This document shows, one piece after another, positions 35,373 through 41,292 of a stretch of 41,292 nucleotides of DNA. Source of the stretch: Octopus bimaculoides (taxonomy: Eukaryota); NCBI RefSeq assembly GCF_001194135.2, contig NC_068987.1:103307175-103348466 (forward strand), given 5' to 3'. Numbering within the stretch: the first letter of the stretch is position 1; each line of letters begins with the position of its first letter. The notes beneath the pieces are model-generated. The model did not search any database. It saw nothing but the letters and a program-made list of their open reading frames with translations, and was not told the DNA's origin. The position numbers and the translations under genes were made by a program.

Positions 35373-36519
35373 TATACATGTGTGTGTGTGTGTGTGTTTG
35401 TGTGTGCGTGTGTGTTTGTGCGCGTGCGCGTGCGTCCGTGTGTTCCATGCGTGTGTGTGTGTGTGTGTATCTTTGTGCTTGTGTTTGCGCGCGAAATGTG
35501 TGTGTTTAATAAATTATTGAATAAATTCTTTGCCACGAAAATCTAAGTCCATGAGTAATTCAAGTAAAATTCTCATCTAATAAGAAAAAATAAGTATATA
35601 AATGGAAGTTTGGTTTATGTGTAGGCGCCTTTGTGCATTTGCAAGCGTACATATGTGGCTTATGTATTTATGTACGTATTGATGTATATGCGTAAGTGCT
35701 TATGTATGTAATGCGTAATCATGTATGCATGTACATACGTGTGTGTGTCTGTGTGTATGTATGTGCGTGTGTGTTTGAATATATATATACGTGCGTCTAT
35801 ATATTTATTCGTATCAACCTGAAAGGTGTGTGAGTAAAGAATTCTTCCTTATTCTGATGTTATGTAGTTGATTAAAGTGATTCACAGACCGAGGGGATTG
35901 GTGTGGATCGGTACAATAATGGTGGTGGTGTTTATGGCGGCGTTGTTCACATAAGAGTGAGGTGTAGTGATAGCTAAAACCCAACCAGAACCACACGCTC
36001 TCCTCATTCCATTATCTTGCTTTCCATCCTTGATACCGTCACTCCATTCCTGACACAGAAAACACAAAGCTTCATACTTATACGAATATATACACCCTCC
36101 CTTCCAGCAATTCACATACATTTCGAGCCATATATTGATAATCATATAATTATACGCGTATATATACGCACACACGTAACACGTACGAACACACATATAC
36201 ATGCAGATATACACCTATAAAAACGCTCAAAGATGATAACAACAGATCGAAGTATTGTATTTATTGAGAAAATAGGTGGCTCGCCTTCGGAGAATTTTGC
36301 ACTCGGCTCACCTCTTCCGCGAAGACAGTGCATCACGACCATCACTACCATCACCACCAACACATCAACAATAGCAACAACAACTATAGCAAGAATAACA
36401 ATATGTTTAGTAATGATATAGCCGAGCGACAAATGAAGCAACGACAGTTACAATAACAATAACTCGAAGGAGAAAAAAAAAATGACACAGTTTTTCAGTG
36501 AAGGAATGCACTGATGTAA

Positions 36520-36741
36520 ACAACAAAAGGAACAACAACAACAACAACAACAGCAGCAACAACAGCAACAGCAACACAGAGAACAGCTCTACAACAACAA
36601 CAACAACAACAGCAGCAATAGAAACAGCAGCATCCCGAACAACGGCAGCGACAATAACAAAGGTAACTGTAGCAGAGCGAAAATATGTTAAGAACTTCAG
36701 CAACTTCAAGGGAAACAGCATCGATATAAACTACAACAACG

Positions 36742-36779
<38 letters not shown>

Positions 36780-37224
36780 CACNNNNNNNNNNNNNNNNNN
36801 NNNNNNNNNNNNNNNNNNNNNNNNNNNNNNNNNNNNNNNNNNNNNNNNNNNNNNNNNNNNNNNNNNNNNNNNNNNNNNNNNNNNNNNNNNNNNNNNNNNN
36901 NNNNNNNNNNNNNNNNNNNNNNNNNNNNNNNNNNNNNNNNNNNNNNNNNNNNNNNNNNNNNNNNNNNNNNNNNNNNNNNNNNNNNNNNNNNNNNNNNNNN
37001 NNNNNNNNNNNNNNNNNNNNNNNNNNNNNNNNNNNNNNNNNNNNNNNNNNNNNNNNNNNNNNNNNNNNNNNNNNNNNNNNNNNNNNNNNNNNNNNNNNNN
37101 NNNNNNNNNNNNNNNNNNNNNNNNNNNNNNNNNNNNNNNNNNNNNNNNNNNNNNNNNNNNNNNNNNNNNNNNNNNNNNNNNNNNNNNNNNNNNNNNNNNN
37201 NNNNNNNNNNNNNNNNNNNCCACC

Positions 37225-37268
<44 letters not shown>

Positions 37269-37755
37269 CAAAAAGGCAACTACATCTGCAATAACATTGA
37301 GTTCAATACCAATGCACATCGGTTACAATAAAAACAACAATAGTTATACCAGCAACGACTAACGATTATAATTCTCTTCGCCATTTTCTCCGAGCAACAA
37401 ATACAAACATACAAACAACATCTACAACAATAAACAACAATAACAACGACAACAACAACAACAACAATGGTAATGACAAATAGAAGATGTGGAACAACAA
37501 CAACAACAACAGCAATATTGTGAACCAGCAAACACAGGTTGTCAAAATGAACAAGAGCAATAATTACAACAGCACAAACATTGGTAAGAGTAACAGTAAG
37601 GACTAAAAAGCCCCTCCCCTTCAATATGAGCATGAAGAAGAAGAAGAAGAAGAAGAAGAAGAAGAAGAAGAAGAAGAAGAAGAAGAAGAAAAAGAAGAAG
37701 AAAAAGAAGAAGAAGAAAAAGAAGAAGAAGAAGAAGAAANNNNNNNNNNGAGGAA

Positions 37756-37790
<35 letters not shown>

Positions 37791-38290
37791 AGAAGAAGAA
37801 GAAGAAGAAGAATAAGAAGAAGAAGAAGGGGAAGCGGAAGAAGAGGAATGGGAAGAAGAGAGGAAGTAGAAGAAGAAAAAGAAGGAAAAGAAGAAGAAAA
37901 AGAAGAAAGGGAAGAAGAAGAAGATGAAGAAGTAAAAGAAGGAAAAGAAGAAGAAGAAGAAGAAGAAGACGAAGAAAAGAAGAAGAAAAGAAGAAGAAGA
38001 AAAAGAAGAAGAAATAGAAGAAAGAGAAGAAGAAGAACAACAACAACAACTACTACTACTTCTACTACAACAACATCAATAACAAGAACATCAAAAACAA
38101 CAGCGATTGCTATAATCGCACGTGAAAACAACAACAGCAACAACAATAGCAGCGCCACCAACAATAAAAATAACAACAACAACGCCAATATCATGAATAA
38201 CACGAAAAAGAACAAAAAACAACAATAACAGTTGCAACAATTTTACTTCAAAACAATAACAAAAACAACAGCGAAAATAAAAACAATAGA
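36520..38290. repeat. Compound trinucleotide field (CAA/CAG/CTA/CAC/GAA) with two gaps
   Basis: Direct reading; a GAA-based polypurine tract covers about 37633-38037. Confidence 0.96.
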
Positions 38291-38302
38291 ATAGTTCTTT
38301 CT

Positions 38303-38551
38303 CTGGGAGGCGCGTATTCGATTACATCGACCCCAGTGTCTTACTGGTACTCAATTTATCGATGAAAGGCAAAGTCAACCTCGTCGGAATAACAATACAG
38401 ATACTAATCCTTCCTAGTTAAGGCACAGGACCTGAAATTTTGGGGGAGGGGCTTAGTCGATTACATCGACCCCAGTGTTTCACTGGTATTTAATTTATCG
38501 ACCCCCCCCCACCCCAACAAAAAGGACGTGAGGCAAAGTCGCCTCGGCAGA
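38303..38551 (-). mobile_element. Two head-less type-A SINE fragments in tandem
   Basis: Both contain GATTACATCGACCCCAGTGT..ACTGGTA...AATTTATCGA...GGCAAAGTC..CCTCG and both break into GAATAACAATA. Confidence 0.82.
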
Positions 38552-38616
38552 ATAACAATATAAGAAGTAATAACAACAGCGGTAATATAGTGAACAAAAA
38601 AAGGAAAGTTCGCAAT

Positions 38617-38792
38617 AGGCGCAGGCTTTGCTGTTTGGTAAGAAGTATACTTTCAAAGCACATTGTTGCGGGTTCAGTCCCTGAACTGTATGGTACTGTG
38701 AGTAAACATCTGCTTTTGCCTCGGGTTGACCAAAGCCTTGTGATTTGGTTAACGGAAACTGAAAGATTCCCGTCTTGTGTGTGTGTGTGCGT

Positions 38793-38882
<90 letters not shown>

Positions 38883-39078
38883 GTTACTGCCGCTTGGTAA
38901 CCAGTGTTAGTGAGTTTACGTCTCCATAATTTAGCGGTTCGGCAAAAGAGATATATAGAATAAGTACGAGACTTTACAAAAATATAATTAGTACTGAAGA
39001 CGATTCGTTGGACTAAAATTCTTCAAAGCGGTGCCCCAGCATGGCCGCAGTCTAATGACTCAGACAATAGATAATAAG
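38617..39078 (+). mobile_element. Type-C (CORE-like) SINE, full length, with internal (GT)n
   Basis: AGGCGCAGG..TGCTGTTTGGTAAG head, GGGTTCAGTCCC B box, GCCTCGGGTTGACCAAAGCCTTG, ACGGAAACTGAAAG, (GT)n, then TTAGCGGTTCGGCAAAAGAGA...GCGGTGCCCCAGCATGGCCGCAGTC. Confidence 0.88.
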
Positions 39079-39158
39079 AAAATCAACAGTAATAGTCACA
39101 TCTACAGTAATAACTAAAATGACAACTGTAATGTACAACAACAACAAGAATAACAAAA

Positions 39159-39491
39159 AATGGCACTCCGTCGGTTACGACGATGACGTGGGTTGCAGTT
39201 GATCCGATGAACCGAAAAGCATGCACGGGGAATCCGCCTACGAGTGGCTGAGTGCTCCACAAACACGCGTACCCTTAAAGTAGTTCTCAGGGAGATTGAG
39301 CGTGATACAGAATGTGACAAGGCTGGCCCCTTTTGTATTACAGGTATAACTAATCTTTGCCAGCTGAGTGGACTGGAGCAACGTGAAATAAAGTGTCGCG
39401 CTCAAGAACACGACGCACCGCGGGAACCGAACTGACGACCTTACGATCATGACCCGTGTATTGCTAACCTCTAAGCACTGCGCCCCTTCAC
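39159..39491 (-). mobile_element. Type-B tRNA-derived SINE, full length, different 3' body from the 21824 copy
   Basis: Reverse strand: GGGGCGCAGTGCTTAGAGGTTAG head, GTTCGGTTCCC B box, GTGTTCTTGAGCGCGACACTTTATTTCACGTTGCTCCAGTCCACTCAGCTGG core, and an end at CGTAACCGACGGAGTGCCA. Confidence 0.88.
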
Positions 39492-40200
39492 ACATTGCAA
39501 ACAATAATAGCAAAACTATCATGCGCAACAATGAGTCCTAAAGACTAAGACTCGCACGACGACGAAAGCAGCAACGATTACCACGACGACGACGAAGAAG
39601 AAGAAATTAGCAACAATAGCAAAACAACATGAAGAAAAGCTTTAGCTGTAACTTAGTCGAATTAAAGAACAAAACAACAATAACAACAATAAAAATAACG
39701 TAACTACGATAGCAGTGATACTACCATTGTCAGGAAGAGCAACAACAACAACAATTACAACAGAAGCAAGATAAAACAACGGTGAACATTTCAGGAATGT
39801 TGATGAAATATGGAAGACAAATAATTTGCAAGTGAGAAATAAGGAAGTTGGGGGTTAGAGGTGTGAAATATGTGAGGGGGGAAAAGGAAGAGAATGGAAG
39901 GAAAGGGAAGTGTTATGGAAAGGGAGAGGAGGAGAGATTAAGACAATGTGGGATATAGAGGGGGAGGGGAACTGTGAAGCGGAGAGAGAGAGAATGAGAG
40001 GGTGAGACTGCGAGAGAGAGAGAGGGTTCTGGGTGTTAAATTGCAAATGGTGACTGAAAGCGAAAGAGATGGAGGGAGAAAGGGAAAGAGAGAGCGAGAG
40101 AAACGGAGAGACGGAAAGAAAGACAGAGAGAGAGAGAGAGAGAAAAGGAAGACCTTGGATAGAAAACAGAATAAAATGAGTGAGAAGGGTGGAGAGGTAA

Positions 40201-40328
40201 AGATTATAAGGAGAGTGAACGAAGATAGAGAGAGAGATTAAGATTATAAGGAGAGTGAACGAAGCTAGAGAGAGAGATTAAGATTATAAGGAGAGTGAAC
40301 GAAGCTAGAGAGAGAGATTAAGATTATA
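40201..40328. repeat. 40-bp minisatellite, 3.2 copies
   Basis: AGATTATAAGGAGAGTGAACGAAG(A/C)TAGAGAGAGAGATTA at 40201, 40241 and 40281. Confidence 0.97.
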
Positions 40329-40695
40329 TATATATATATCTGTAAAAATATGTGACACTTATTCGGTAGCCATAATAAAACTCCGATCNNNNNNNNNNNN
40401 NNNNNNNNNNNNNNNNNNNNNNNNNNNNNNNNNNNNNNNNNNNNNNNNNNNNNNNNNNNNNNNNNNNNNNNNNNNNNNNNNNNNNNNNNNNNNNNNNNNN
40501 NNNNNNNNNNNNNNNNNNNNNNNNNNNNNNNNNNNNNNNNNNNNNNNNNNNNNNNNNNNNNNNNNNNNNNNNNNNNNNNNNNNNNNNNNNNNNNNNNNNN
40601 NNNNNNNNNNNNNNNNNNNNNNNNNNNNNNNNNNNNNNNNNNNNNNNNNNNNNNNNNNNNNNNNNNNNNNNNNNNNNNNNNNNNNNNNNNNNNNN

Positions 40696-40739
<44 letters not shown>

Positions 40740-40814
40740 GAGAGAGATAGACGGACGGTGGGATAGGTTGGTGGAAAAATAGATGGTGAAAGCATTGAAG
40801 TGAAATGCAGAAAA

Positions 40815-40925
40815 TATGAGGTCCCCTCGAAGACATAATTTGCCCAAGGTACACGGAATTGGAGCCAAACACGAAATTAAGTGGCTGGGAAGCAGACTTC
40901 GCAATACAGCATCCACGCCTGCACT
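40815..40925 (-). mobile_element. Type-C SINE 5' fragment
   Basis: TTGCCCAAGGTACACG...GTGGCTGGGAAGCA...CCACGCCTGCAC is the reverse of the type-C head and CORE-like region. Confidence 0.7.
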
Positions 40926-41254
40926 TGATGTCCCCGGTGTACATATGAAATGATAAGACGTCCAAAAATGAGAACACTATAATCGTAAATCTACCCTATG
41001 CGAGCTGAACAACAGCACAAACACCATTATGACGACCATCATTGACAAACATTATCATGAACATCTTCAGTATTATTGTCCTCACCACGGTAAAGATTTA
41101 GTCAGAATAAACAGACACCTTTTATCTTTGATTTGTTTCAGTTATTGGTGTACGGCCTTACTGTAGCACTGGCTTGAAATATTTTGGACGAATGAATTTT
41201 TATAAAGTGTAGTGTGATTGTGTGTGTGTATACACTCTTTTATGTGTGTGTATG

Positions 41255-41292
<38 letters not shown>

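Larger units (their letters stand above)
10262..40695. other. 13 assembly gaps (N runs)
   Basis: 10262-10543, 10869-11421, 16019-16174, 20778-20832, 22987-23142, 25052-25633, 26194-27185, 28264-28468, 29579-29588, 34603-35141, 36783-37219, 37740-37749, 40389-40695; most are flanked by microsatellites. Confidence 0.99.

Noticed and set aside
40201-40328. CRISPR-like array
   Set aside because: Units are contiguous with no unique spacers; eukaryotic context.
10136-40977. Long ORFs of 100-337 aa containing X runs
   Set aside because: Length is due to N-gaps, which contain no stop codons.
495-41292. Dozens of ORFs rich in YI, CV, HT, LS, poly-K/E/R/N/L
   Set aside because: They are translations of (TA), (TG), (CT), (CATA), (CAA) and (GAA) microsatellites, not genes.

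Overview
AT-rich, microsatellite-saturated eukaryotic draft sequence with 13 N-gaps. The SINE families resemble those I recall from octopod cephalopods (Octopus-like); that assignment is an inference. I see no intact protein-coding gene: almost all listed ORFs are microsatellite or N-gap artefacts, so this is probably a long intron or intergenic DNA. Supported content is mainly decayed mobile DNA: a DD34D mariner fragment (-, 1870-2300), two relics of a restriction-like-endonuclease (R4/Dong-type) LINE (+, 3270-5200 and 7795-8100), a DD37D/maT-like Tc1-mariner (+, 27186-28197), an RTE LINE fragment (+, 33090-33960) and about 14 tRNA-derived SINE copies of three types. The clearest unusual object is a complete 658-bp non-autonomous DNA transposon (31490-32147). 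It has 28-bp TIRs, an exact 8-bp TSD and a second internal inverted repeat enclosing two G-quadruplex-competent blocks of TTAGGG telomeric repeat. Weaker leads: two possible tyrosine-recombinase (Crypton-like) relics, a pre-miRNA-like hairpin (12799-12877), a perfect 21-bp hairpin with two CRE palindromes inside a SINE, a hairpin cluster with a decayed hammerhead-like core, five CSL/Su(H) sites in a degenerate repeat, and a candidate recursive splice site.
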